Made by a program: the position numbers and the translations under genes. 64,000 nucleotides of DNA from Promethearchaeota archaeon. GTDB lineage: Archaea > Asgardarchaeota > Lokiarchaeia > Sigyniarchaeales > SOKP01. The stretch covers positions 32,001 through 96,000 of the forward strand of contig JAHPZJ010000030.1 of assembly GCA_019058245.1 (NCBI GenBank), written 5' to 3'. Below the pieces are notes generated by a model that was given only the letters and a program-made list of their open reading frames with translations, ran no database searches and had not been told where the DNA came from. Positions 8,139 to 16,924 of this stretch are shown piece by piece (the first letter of the stretch is position 1; each line of letters starts with the position of its first letter).

Positions 8139-8821
8139 CCAAAATTAATATTTAATCTATTTAAAATAAGATCCTCAAAAAATATATGCTCTTTTTTAAC
8201 GATTCTATTTTTGTATCCTAAGTTAACAATTTTTTTATTTAATTTTGATAAGTTTGTTCTACTAGAACTAATGTAATATATGTAATGTTCTTCTTTCAAA
8301 TCTAAAAAAAATTTAGCGTTGGAAAGAAAATCAATTAAAAGTTCATAACCTTTTGGTCCGCCATCCCAACTATAATCGATATATTGTTTATTTTGATTTT
8401 CTTTAATAAGAGAAGAGGAGGGTAAATATGGAGGATTAAAGATGATAATATTGAATGAATTTTCCAACTTTTTTGGAAAGGATTTAAATAAATCTGAATG
8501 TATTAAATTAATCTGCTTATAGATTTTATTTCTTTTCGCGTTTAACTTAGCACATTTTAGAGAATTTTCTAAAATGTCAGATCCATATATCAATGGGTTA
8601 AAATTTGGAATCTGCATCGCAATTAATCTTAAAAAGATAGAAATTATCCCAGTCCCAGTGCCAACATCAAGTATTTTTTTAATTTTACTCAATTTGATAC
8701 CATCAAAATTATCATAATTAATTTTGTGTTTAAAATAGTCTATTATTAAATAACTATCATCAGAAGGAGAGTAAACATCTTCAAAATCACAATAAATTAT
8801 TGGATCTGGTAAAGAAGGTAT
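8135..8821 (-). CDS. prmC: HemK2/N6AMT1-type release-factor glutamine methyltransferase (probable ATA start)
   Basis: LDVGTGTG, FNPPY, WDGG. The conserved VYxPxDDS motif is upstream of the track's TTG (8692); the frame is open to ATA at 8821 behind AGGCGA. Confidence 0.85.
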   Translation of the reverse strand: MPSLPDPIIYCDFEDVYSPSDDSYLIIDYFKHKINYDNFDGIKLSKIKKILDVGTGTGIISIFLRLIAMQIPNFNPLIYGSDILENSLKCAKLNAKRNKIYKQINLIHSDLFKSFPKKLENSFNIIIFNPPYLPSSSLIKENQNKQYIDYSWDGGPKGYELLIDFLSNAKFFLDLKEEHYIYYISSSRTNLSKLNKKIVNLGYKNRIVKKEHIFFEDLILNRLNINFG

Positions 8822-8847
8822 ATATATCGCCTAATATTATTTAAATT

Positions 8848-9693
8848 TTAAGAATAAAATACTTTGCTAATTTCAATAAGTTCATTTGGTGTAAAATTAA
8901 GTAATTTTTTATTTTCATAATTATTTTTCTGTAGAATCATAAGGATTTCTTCTTTTGTGTATTTTCTTTTAGTTAAAGCTTTAAAATAAATATCCAAAGC
9001 ATTTGAAATATTTTTATTTTTATAAGGCATTATTCCCGCTATAAATCTTAAAAAATAAGCTATTGAGTCTTTTTCCATTAAAAATGAATTAATTTCGGTC
9101 TTAGGTACTAATTTAATAAGTGATAATGATATTTTTGGAATGGGATAAAAGCTCATTCTCGAAATAGTAGATCTAGAAACAGGATTTACAAAAGCATTAG
9201 TATTAACACTAATTCTTGAATAATTTTTAGAATTTTCTGAGAAGAAGATTCTGTCAGCTATGTTTTTTTCAATCATTAAAACACCGATTGGTGGCTTATT
9301 TTTGAAAAATATTTTCTCTAAAATTGGACCTGTTATTGAATATGGAATATTTGATACTACCTTTGTATGAAAAGGAAGTTCTAATTCAAGCACATTTCCA
9401 TAAATAATCTCAATATTATCAAAATTTCTAAATTTTTCATCTAAATAAGAAAACAGACGATAATCAATTTCAATTGCATAAATCTTTTTAACATATTTTA
9501 CCAACTCTTCCGTTAAGGCGCCTAGACCAGGTCCAATTTCTAAAATGACATCATTTTTAGAGATTTCTGAAAATGATATAATTTTATTTACTATATTTTT
9601 ATCTATTAAGAAATTTTGTCCTAATTTTTTATTTGGATTTATTTTTAGTTGCTTTAAAATGAGTTGTACTTCTCTTTTATCCATAAAATTCAT
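8848..9693 (-). CDS. rsmA: 16S rRNA m6,2A dimethyltransferase (KsgA/Dim1)
   Basis: KKLGQNFL, LEIGPGLGALT, SNIPYSIT. Confidence 0.95.
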   Translation of the reverse strand: MNFMDKREVQLILKQLKINPNKKLGQNFLIDKNIVNKIISFSEISKNDVILEIGPGLGALTEELVKYVKKIYAIEIDYRLFSYLDEKFRNFDNIEIIYGNVLELELPFHTKVVSNIPYSITGPILEKIFFKNKPPIGVLMIEKNIADRIFFSENSKNYSRISVNTNAFVNPVSRSTISRMSFYPIPKISLSLIKLVPKTEINSFLMEKDSIAYFLRFIAGIMPYKNKNISNALDIYFKALTKRKYTKEEILMILQKNNYENKKLLNFTPNELIEISKVFYS

Positions 9694-10334
9694 TCATATT
9701 TTTGAGTCTTACTAAAAAGGTAATATTTTACGTCTCGTTGAAGTTCTTTAATAATTCTTTGTGCTATTAATCTTGCGGGATGAGATATACTAGTTCTATC
9801 CGCAATATCTTGAAATGTTCCGAATTTTTGTCTTTCTCTTGCTTCAAGAATTTCCCACATGTGTTTTTGCCCAACTCCAGGCAATAATTTTAAAGCATGC
9901 ATTCTTGGAGTTATTGAGGTAGAGTTATTAAAGAAATTGATAAACGTTTCCTCATACTTTAATACTTCATTTTCGAGAATTGGTTGTAATAATGCTTTTG
10001 ATGTACTTGTTAAATCATTGTAATCAATTTTTTTTAATACTTCTTTTAATTTTTCTTCATTAACGAATTCTTCATATGTTTTTTGTTCTTGTACTTCAAT
10101 AATAGAATTTTTATTTAATTTAACTTCGTAAAGTACAAAATCCGGAAAAGTAAGAACTTGAGCAATTGGAGTTTTAGCCCAGCTAGGCTTATCTTCTTCG
10201 GGATGTCCATGTATTAATGAATCTAAGACAACAACTTCCCGAAACTTCTTTATAAATTGCTTTTTCTTCTTTGGACCACCACGATAATCTTTTTTGCGTG
10301 GAGGATGTCGATATCTCTCTCTTCTTTCCATCAT
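9690..10334 (-). CDS. DUF655 family RNA-binding protein
   Basis: ITPRMHALKLLPGVGQK HhH motif; conserved position between rpoF and ksgA. Confidence 0.9.
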   Translation of the reverse strand: MMERRERYRHPPRKKDYRGGPKKKKQFIKKFREVVVLDSLIHGHPEEDKPSWAKTPIAQVLTFPDFVLYEVKLNKNSIIEVQEQKTYEEFVNEEKLKEVLKKIDYNDLTSTSKALLQPILENEVLKYEETFINFFNNSTSITPRMHALKLLPGVGQKHMWEILEARERQKFGTFQDIADRTSISHPARLIAQRIIKELQRDVKYYLFSKTQKYE

Positions 10335-10501
10335 TACTAGTTAACTGTTTTTTAACTTTTCCGATTACCATTTCAGAATTTTAATTGTAATAACCTACTA
10401 TAATAGTTGGGATTGTTCATTAGAATTATAGAGATTGAGACTTATAAATTCTTCTAATTTTATAGAAAATAATTGAATTTTTGCTACAAAAAAGATTTAA
10501 T

Positions 10502-10867
10502 TCAAGATGTTTTTATTTCTTCTATTTGGTATAGTATTTCTTGTAATTGCTGATCATTAAAAGTCTTTCCTACGAATGATTTTTCTAAAATCATCCGAAG
10601 TTCTGGGATTGTTTTTGGATTAATATTAATAATATTGATAGCATAAATTTCCTCAATCTCATATTTATCGATTAGCATTTTTTGTACTTTCTTAGCAGTT
10701 TTTGCATCGTATTTTGCAAATTTATTTACATAGTTATAGGTAATTTCTTGAAAATGGGACATTCCTTCATCAGCATCAATTTTTGATATTTGATCTTTTA
10801 TATTTTCCATTATTTCTTTAACTTCAGGTATAGAGACTATTTTTTCCTCTCTTTTTCTTCCAGACAT
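10502..10867 (-). CDS. rpoF: RNA polymerase subunit Rpo4/F
   Basis: VSIPEVKE..., YVNKFAK, NINPKTIPELR; synteny. Confidence 0.92.
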   Translation of the reverse strand: MSGRKREEKIVSIPEVKEIMENIKDQISKIDADEGMSHFQEITYNYVNKFAKYDAKTAKKVQKMLIDKYEIEEIYAINIININPKTIPELRMILEKSFVGKTFNDQQLQEILYQIEEIKTS

Positions 10868-10886
10868 CTTATATCTTAGTAAAATT

Positions 10887-11198
10887 TTAATTTTCTATTT
10901 TTGATATTGAATTTAATCTTAAATGTTCTCTGCCAATTATTAAAATCTTTTTAGAGTTCCCCAGTTTTATATCGACCAAATAGCATCGGCCTCTTTGACC
11001 AATAATAGTTCCTGTACGACCATGATACCTAGAGTGAGGCATTCCTCGCTTATGCTGGGAAGAATCTGTAATAATATCTACTTTATCATCAATTTTATAA
11101 TCTATTAGATACTTTTCAACAGAACTTAAACCTTTATCTCGGACATTTCTTCTATGTTTATGCCTTGTTTTTGTGCGATATCCTCTATGCTTAACTAT
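10887..11198 (-). CDS. rpl21e: 50S ribosomal protein L21e (not in ORF track; probable ATA start)
   Basis: Manual translation (M)VKHRGYRTKTRHKH...GMPHSRYHGRTGTIIGQRGRCY...REHLR, 103 aa, between pus10 and rpoF. Confidence 0.95.
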   Translation of the reverse strand: MVKHRGYRTKTRHKHRRNVRDKGLSSVEKYLIDYKIDDKVDIITDSSQHKRGMPHSRYHGRTGTIIGQRGRCYLVDIKLGNSKKILIIGREHLRLNSISKIEN

Positions 11199-11314
11199 TT
11201 CGAAACACCTTAAGAATGGTAATTGCGAAAATTAATCAATTGATTTAGTAGAATTATGTATTATAATTTATTTATTTTTTGATTTAAAATGAATTTTATG
11301 GGAAAAAATATACA

Positions 11315-12673
11315 TTACATTGATACTTCTAATACATCCAATTCCTTACATAATAAGTTAGTTTTAAAAATTTCTGAAAAAGAAGGAGAAGTACGTCCCT
11401 CGTCACCACTTATCAATTCTTTTATGTAAGTTCCTCCTTGAGATATTATTTTAAATTCAAATAAATTCGATTTTATAAACTTTCCTTCGATTTTATAAAT
11501 GATTTTTTCACGTATTTTATCAGCTCGCCGATGAGAAACCCTATTTGGTGTTCTTTGTTTAACTTCTTGATTATTAAATACTTTATTCAATTCTAGTAAT
11601 TTTTGATTAAATTGATTTTTACTAAACTTAGCTTCAGTCATAACGGTTGCTTTATAAAATTTTTTGGTGTTCTTTGCATTAGTCTTAAGTTTAATAACTT
11701 CATTCTTACTACTATATCTTAAATCTCTGATTTGAATCTTTTTTCTATTTTTTTTATTAACTTTTTTCTCAAGTTTGATTAAATCTAAATTTCTTTTTTT
11801 AGGATTTCTTAATTCAATGATAAAAGGTCTGCCTAACCCTAACATTCTTACATCAATATCTTCTCTTCCAGCTCCATGAAATTTGGAATCTTTTGAATTT
11901 GCTTCGTTAATAAAGTAAGGACTAATTAAGTCCTCCACACTCGTTAAATATTGTTTTCCCGTAAAATTGCACATTTCACAACCTTTTCCACTGCATTTCT
12001 TACAAAACCAATGTGTTTGTGGAATACCTCTAATTAATTTTTTATATCGTCCATATATGAAAAGAGATTTAAAGATAATTTCAAAATTAAAGGAATCATA
12101 ATCAATAGAATAGATAATCAAAATCTCAGGATTGTTGAATTCAGGAACTTTATCAATTGTTTTCATTAATTCTTTTCCTACAATTCGATTAAAGTGGCTT
12201 TTAAAGGATTCTGCTTCTAAAAGATTCAATTCTGCTTTAAATTTATCCTCACGGTTGATTATTCTTGATTTTGGACTTGTGCCAATTAAAAAGTTACTGA
12301 ATTCAATTTCCTTAAGTGCTTGTTTAGTTTCACTCACATATTTTTGTATATTATTAAAAATATTATTGCATAAATAACAAACTTGGTTTGAGTTATTTAG
12401 TGAATAATTTAATCCTTCTTTAGTTAAAACCTTCTGAGCTGGGTTATAATTAGCATTTACTGCAAGCAATTTCAAATTATTAATTGATACTTTCTGTAAA
12501 GTTTCATTTCCTCCAAGATAATTTTTATGATTTTCCATTGTTATTGCTAGTAATAATGAATTTCCTCTCTCGTAGTTAGTTGTACTTGTTCCTAGTAGAG
12601 AAAACATTCTGCCCAAGCAGTGAATACAAATATAATATTTCTGATAAATTTCTAGAACCTTATCGAAAATCAT
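11315..12673 (-). CDS. pus10: tRNA pseudouridine(54/55) synthase Pus10
   Basis: CIHCLGR, FHGAGREDIDVRMLG, QRTPNRV, GGTYIKELISGD. Confidence 0.95.
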   Translation of the reverse strand: MIFDKVLEIYQKYYICIHCLGRMFSLLGTSTTNYERGNSLLLAITMENHKNYLGGNETLQKVSINNLKLLAVNANYNPAQKVLTKEGLNYSLNNSNQVCYLCNNIFNNIQKYVSETKQALKEIEFSNFLIGTSPKSRIINREDKFKAELNLLEAESFKSHFNRIVGKELMKTIDKVPEFNNPEILIIYSIDYDSFNFEIIFKSLFIYGRYKKLIRGIPQTHWFCKKCSGKGCEMCNFTGKQYLTSVEDLISPYFINEANSKDSKFHGAGREDIDVRMLGLGRPFIIELRNPKKRNLDLIKLEKKVNKKNRKKIQIRDLRYSSKNEVIKLKTNAKNTKKFYKATVMTEAKFSKNQFNQKLLELNKVFNNQEVKQRTPNRVSHRRADKIREKIIYKIEGKFIKSNLFEFKIISQGGTYIKELISGDEGRTSPSFSEIFKTNLLCKELDVLEVSM

Positions 12674-12794
12674 TCTTGTATAAATTAAGTAGTTAATTAT
12701 TTATTGATTTTATCAATGGAGAAAGTGCTTTTAAAAAAATTTTAAAAATAAAAATTTATTTTTCTATATAATTTCAATTAATATTACAGTTAAG

Positions 12795-12815
12795 AAAGAT
12801 CCCAAGAGGATCTTT
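12795..12815 (+). promoter_or_regulatory. 8-bp hairpin in leader of cold-shock protein gene
   Basis: AAAGATCC-CAAGA-GGATCTTT, 46 nt before the ATG. Confidence 0.4.
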
Positions 12816-12861
12816 GATATAGTCTATTATAAAATAAAAATCAACAACAAGAGAATTATCC

Positions 12862-13095
12862 ATGTCAGAAAAAAAAATAGGTTTCGTTAAGTGGTTCGAT
12901 GCAAAAAAAGGCTATGGTTTCATTAGTGTTAAGGATCAGGAAGATGTTTTTGTCCATTTTTCAAACGTTTCAATGGAAGGCTTTAAAAAGCTTGATATGG
13001 GCGATGAAGTTGAATTTGAACTAAAAGAATCAAAAGATGGAAAAGGTCCTGAAGCATTGAAAGTAAAAGTTGTTTCAAAGGACAGAAGATATTAA
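12862..13095 (+). CDS. csp: Cold-shock domain protein
   Basis: GFVKWF, KGYGFI (RNP1), DVFVHFS (RNP2). Confidence 0.95.
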   Translation: MSEKKIGFVKWFDAKKGYGFISVKDQEDVFVHFSNVSMEGFKKLDMGDEVEFELKESKDGKGPEALKVKVVSKDRRY

Positions 13096-13439
13096 TATTC
13101 TAAAAAAAAAAAATACTCTTTTTTCAACTACTCAATTTTATTGGTAATTATTATATTTTAAGTTGGTTGATATTTTGAAGAAATAAAAGAGTCACTTGAA
13201 AATAATCATGACTTCTGGAAATTTATTGTAATATTTTAATTTGAATATCTGATTTACTCATAGTATTTCACATATTTTATTTTCGAGTTATAAAATAAAT
13301 TTTTGAATAAAAATAGATTGGAAAATAGAATATTTAAAATTTGAATATATAATCATTAGAGATCTCATCTGAATTAAAAAAAAGATGAAATATGCCAAAA
13401 GAAAATATACAATAGTGTTAAAAAGAGTAAAAACAATAA

Positions 13440-14426
13440 CTAATCTTCTTCTTGATCCCAGCCAAGATCTTTTAGTACTGAGCCGAGAGTTTCTGACTCT
13501 TCCTCTAATACAAATTCTGTATCATATTCAGATGCAGATGCCTCTAAATCAAAATCAGGGGGTGATAATTCTTCAAACGAAGGTAATTCATCCAGAGATG
13601 GAAAACTTTGCTTTGAAACAGGCTCCTCATAAACGGTCTTTCGTATCTCTGATGTAGGTTCCTCATCGATTTCCATTGGAGTATAATCATTGAGAGGAAT
13701 TGGCGGTATTTCATCATCATATACTTTAAATTGAGAACCTGGTGCAATATTTTCAGCTTCATAAGGTGACTCAGACTCAATTGCTACTTTTACTTCTTTT
13801 TCAATCCCTAATCCCATTGATTTAGGTATTGCTACGATATTACTTTCTATGTCTGCTTCAAGTTCCTCAAAATCTTCTCCTTCCTGTTCCCAATCATCTA
13901 AAAATCCTAAAAGATCATCTAAAGCAGCTTTATCTTGTGCAAGTGACGGTTTTACAATAATATTAGCTTCTTCTTCTGCCTTTTGTTGTTCAATCTTCTT
14001 AATTTCAGACTCTTCAAGTGATAGCATCATCTCTGTTTCTTGATCTCCTGAAATTAATCTATTTAATTTTTTAGCCAACTCTCTCAAGTAACCAAGATAA
14101 TACCCTATCCGATAAATCGCTTTTAATCCTCCAAAAATAATATATTCATCATCGATTGCCACTAAAATACTATAACCTGAGGTGTTATGTAGTATTATTT
14201 CTGTTAATGCCCCATGAAGAGTAGCTTGATTAAGTCTTAGCCCCAAATCTATTAAAGCCGTACTAGAAGCGGAAGTAGCATCAGCATCTAATTCTGAAGA
14301 TTTGGAACTGGCAACTTTCATTCCTACTCGAGATAATACCGCGAGATCTTCTAAATCAGTGTTTTGTTCTTCTTCTTTTAAAACACCCATCATTTTAATA
14401 CGAATATCTTCCGTAATTGCAGACAT
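13440..14426 (-). CDS. Roadblock/LC7 domain protein with long acidic C-terminal tail
   Basis: N-terminal ~125 aa roadblock pattern (AVLSRVGMKVAS...GALTEIIL...GYSILV); ~200-aa Glu/Asp/Pro-rich tail. Confidence 0.8.
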   Translation of the reverse strand: MSAITEDIRIKMMGVLKEEEQNTDLEDLAVLSRVGMKVASSKSSELDADATSASSTALIDLGLRLNQATLHGALTEIILHNTSGYSILVAIDDEYIIFGGLKAIYRIGYYLGYLRELAKKLNRLISGDQETEMMLSLEESEIKKIEQQKAEEEANIIVKPSLAQDKAALDDLLGFLDDWEQEGEDFEELEADIESNIVAIPKSMGLGIEKEVKVAIESESPYEAENIAPGSQFKVYDDEIPPIPLNDYTPMEIDEEPTSEIRKTVYEEPVSKQSFPSLDELPSFEELSPPDFDLEASASEYDTEFVLEEESETLGSVLKDLGWDQEED

Positions 14427-14526
14427 TTATTTTACCTACTTGTTATAAGATCAGATTGAACACGAAATATTTAATTTAGATTTATGTATAAATAGAAAAG
14501 CCATTTTAATATATTTTATTATCATG

Positions 14527-15237
14527 TTATTTTAAAAAATTAATTATATTCATTTGAGTTGAAGCCGGTTTTTCCAACTTATCGAAAGAATATCCTGATA
14601 CTTGGGTTATTATTATTTTTATTTCAGTAATAACTTGATCAGGAGTTTTATTATCCGTATCTATTATAAAAACGTCCTCTTTAGTTGAAAGAAATTGTTT
14701 ATAATAAGAAAGAATACTAAGCAGATAATCTTTATCATCTTCATTCCAGTCCTTTCTTATTTTTTCTAATGATCCTCTTTGGATAATTCGTTTCATTATT
14801 GTACTTGGATTAGCGTATAAGTAAATAATATAATCTTCCTTCCATTTTATAGAATTATAAGTGTCTAAAATAAGATTAAAGTCTTTTTCCTTTAAGTTTA
14901 GACTTTTCGAATATATTAAAACACATAAGGGCGTTCTATCTAAAATAATTATTCTCCCATTATATCTATTATCAAAATTTGTAATGTTTTGATTACGTCT
15001 AATTAATTGCTGAAGAAAATGAAGCTCACTTCGAAAACCAATTTGCTTATTTGAAGATCCAAAGGGAAAAGGTGGATTTTTCTTATACCGTTCTGGAAAA
15101 AATCTAAATTTATTATTGTCTTTAAATTTTGATTTGAGAAGGTTAAAAACTGTCGTTTTACCTATACCATGAGCACCTGCAATAGATATAACAATGTTGT
15201 CTTTTGAACCCTTATTTCTATAAATAGTTTTACTCAA
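14527..15237 (-). CDS. Deoxynucleoside kinase / thymidylate kinase-like P-loop kinase
   Basis: GAHGIGKTT, ILDR, IIYLYA...RIIQRG; C-terminal QMNIINFL. Confidence 0.85.
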   Translation of the reverse strand: MSKTIYRNKGSKDNIVISIAGAHGIGKTTVFNLLKSKFKDNNKFRFFPERYKKNPPFPFGSSNKQIGFRSELHFLQQLIRRNQNITNFDNRYNGRIIILDRTPLCVLIYSKSLNLKEKDFNLILDTYNSIKWKEDYIIYLYANPSTIMKRIIQRGSLEKIRKDWNEDDKDYLLSILSYYKQFLSTKEDVFIIDTDNKTPDQVITEIKIIITQVSGYSFDKLEKPASTQMNIINFLK

Positions 15238-15342
15238 ATTTATTTACTCCAAATCAGAACAATCAAGTCGTATTAATAAAACTATTGAGATTATTGGTTT
15301 TTTCTTACTATTAAAATTTTATATTTAGAAGGTAATGATAAG

Positions 15343-16410
15343 TTAAAAATTGAGATAGACGAGGATAATTATGCCAATATTGTAGAAAATATTGGCGAAA
15401 ATTGTAGAAATAATGTTCCCATCTGAAAGTTCAAAAATTATACCTAATAGCACAGATGCTAGAAAGTTTATTAGAAAAAAACTAAATCCTATTGGAAAAG
15501 TAATTAATAACATTAATGAAGAGTATATGAGTGCTACTAAAAGTATTACACTAAAATCATTTTTAAATTTCTGTTTTAATGTGTTATGTAAGACTCCTCT
15601 ATAAACGATTTCTGTAGAAAACGCTCCTATACTCAATGTTATTATTAAAAGTACTATCCAAAGTAGTCCAGCGTTTCTGATTATCATGTTCTGATCTCCT
15701 ATACTTGAACTTGCATCAAAAAAATCCAACCCTATGTCTGAAAAGAAATTAATAAGAGAGTCTGAAAAATAATTTATCTCTATTAATAATATAGCGCCTA
15801 AAATCCCTATAAATACTGCTAATAAATTTTTTTTAGAATTAGGATAAAATCCTATTTTAGTAAAACTATGTTTTTTACTATAAATATAAAAAATTGGATA
15901 TACCGCAAATAATAATTCAGGTATTTGAACTAACAGGATTTGTTGAATATTAATATTTTCAGTGTTTATACCTGTTTGATATAAGGAAAAAGATAACAAA
16001 AAGTAGATAATAATTAATATGTAGACACAATTTAAAAAAACATTAAATCCTTCTTTTAGATTCCATAAATCTTTTTTTAGAATAAATTTTTGTTCAGGTT
16101 CAAGTTTTTTTTCCATAAAAATTAAACCAGGTTGTTTTTGAATTAATTCTTTTTTGACATCAGAGATCTTCTCTAATGGTGTATCACATATCGGACATTG
16201 ATCGATAACTTTAGAGGTTATTATAGATCCACATCCAGGGCATTTTCTTGAAATATCTAGTTTTTGACCTATTGGAGGCCTTAAATCTTTCTTATTTGAA
16301 TCAATCTTAATTATTAATTTTCCACATTTTGGACAATAAGTTTCATTTTCAGGCACTTCAGCTCCACAGTAAACGCAATATTTGATCTTCTTTTCAATAT
16401 TTTCTGACAT
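15343..16410 (-). CDS. Double zinc-ribbon + degenerate CPBP-like membrane protein
   Basis: Four CxxC pairs, then TM helices with TEIVYRG; the catalytic His residues are absent. Confidence 0.75.
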   Translation of the reverse strand: MSENIEKKIKYCVYCGAEVPENETYCPKCGKLIIKIDSNKKDLRPPIGQKLDISRKCPGCGSIITSKVIDQCPICDTPLEKISDVKKELIQKQPGLIFMEKKLEPEQKFILKKDLWNLKEGFNVFLNCVYILIIIYFLLSFSLYQTGINTENINIQQILLVQIPELLFAVYPIFYIYSKKHSFTKIGFYPNSKKNLLAVFIGILGAILLIEINYFSDSLINFFSDIGLDFFDASSSIGDQNMIIRNAGLLWIVLLIITLSIGAFSTEIVYRGVLHNTLKQKFKNDFSVILLVALIYSSLMLLITFPIGFSFFLINFLASVLLGIIFELSDGNIISTIFANIFYNIGIIILVYLNF

Positions 16411-16534
16411 TTTTTGGGATTTTGATATAATTCTTTTTCTTGATATATTTTGTAAATTATATAAACTAGAAATTATATAATTTTTGCTTACATTTTATTC
16501 AATTAATTGTATATTACATTTAACTGATTTTATT

Positions 16535-16921
16535 ATGTTTCATAAAATTTTCAAAAAAAGAATTAATGAGATACATGAAAAGTTTAACGATAAAAAAATC
16601 CTGCTTGCAGATGATATCTCAAACTTTTTTGGATTAGAATCATCAGGAATTTGGAAAGTTCGTGGAAATGGGGTTTTGTTACTTACAGAAGAAGAACTTT
16701 TTTTTGGAATGTGGAAACCTAAAAAAGAAGTATTAATATCTATTAAATCTATGATTAACATTTCAAATCCGAAATCCCATATGCATAGATCAGTATCTCA
16801 CCCTCTATTAAAGGTAACATTTACTAATATTAATGGTGAAATCGATTCAGCCGCTTGGTTTGTACGAAACTTAGAGGATTGGAATGAAACGCTTAATCAA
16901 TTAATTTTAAAAGAGAAATAA
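16535..16921 (+). CDS. PH/GRAM-like domain protein
   Basis: RGNGVLLLTEEELFF...ISIKSM...LLKVTF...W..L pattern; ATG at 16535 preferred over TTG at 16484. Confidence 0.6.
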   Translation: MFHKIFKKRINEIHEKFNDKKILLADDISNFFGLESSGIWKVRGNGVLLLTEEELFFGMWKPKKEVLISIKSMINISNPKSHMHRSVSHPLLKVTFTNINGEIDSAAWFVRNLEDWNETLNQLILKEK

Positions 16922-16924
16922 TGG

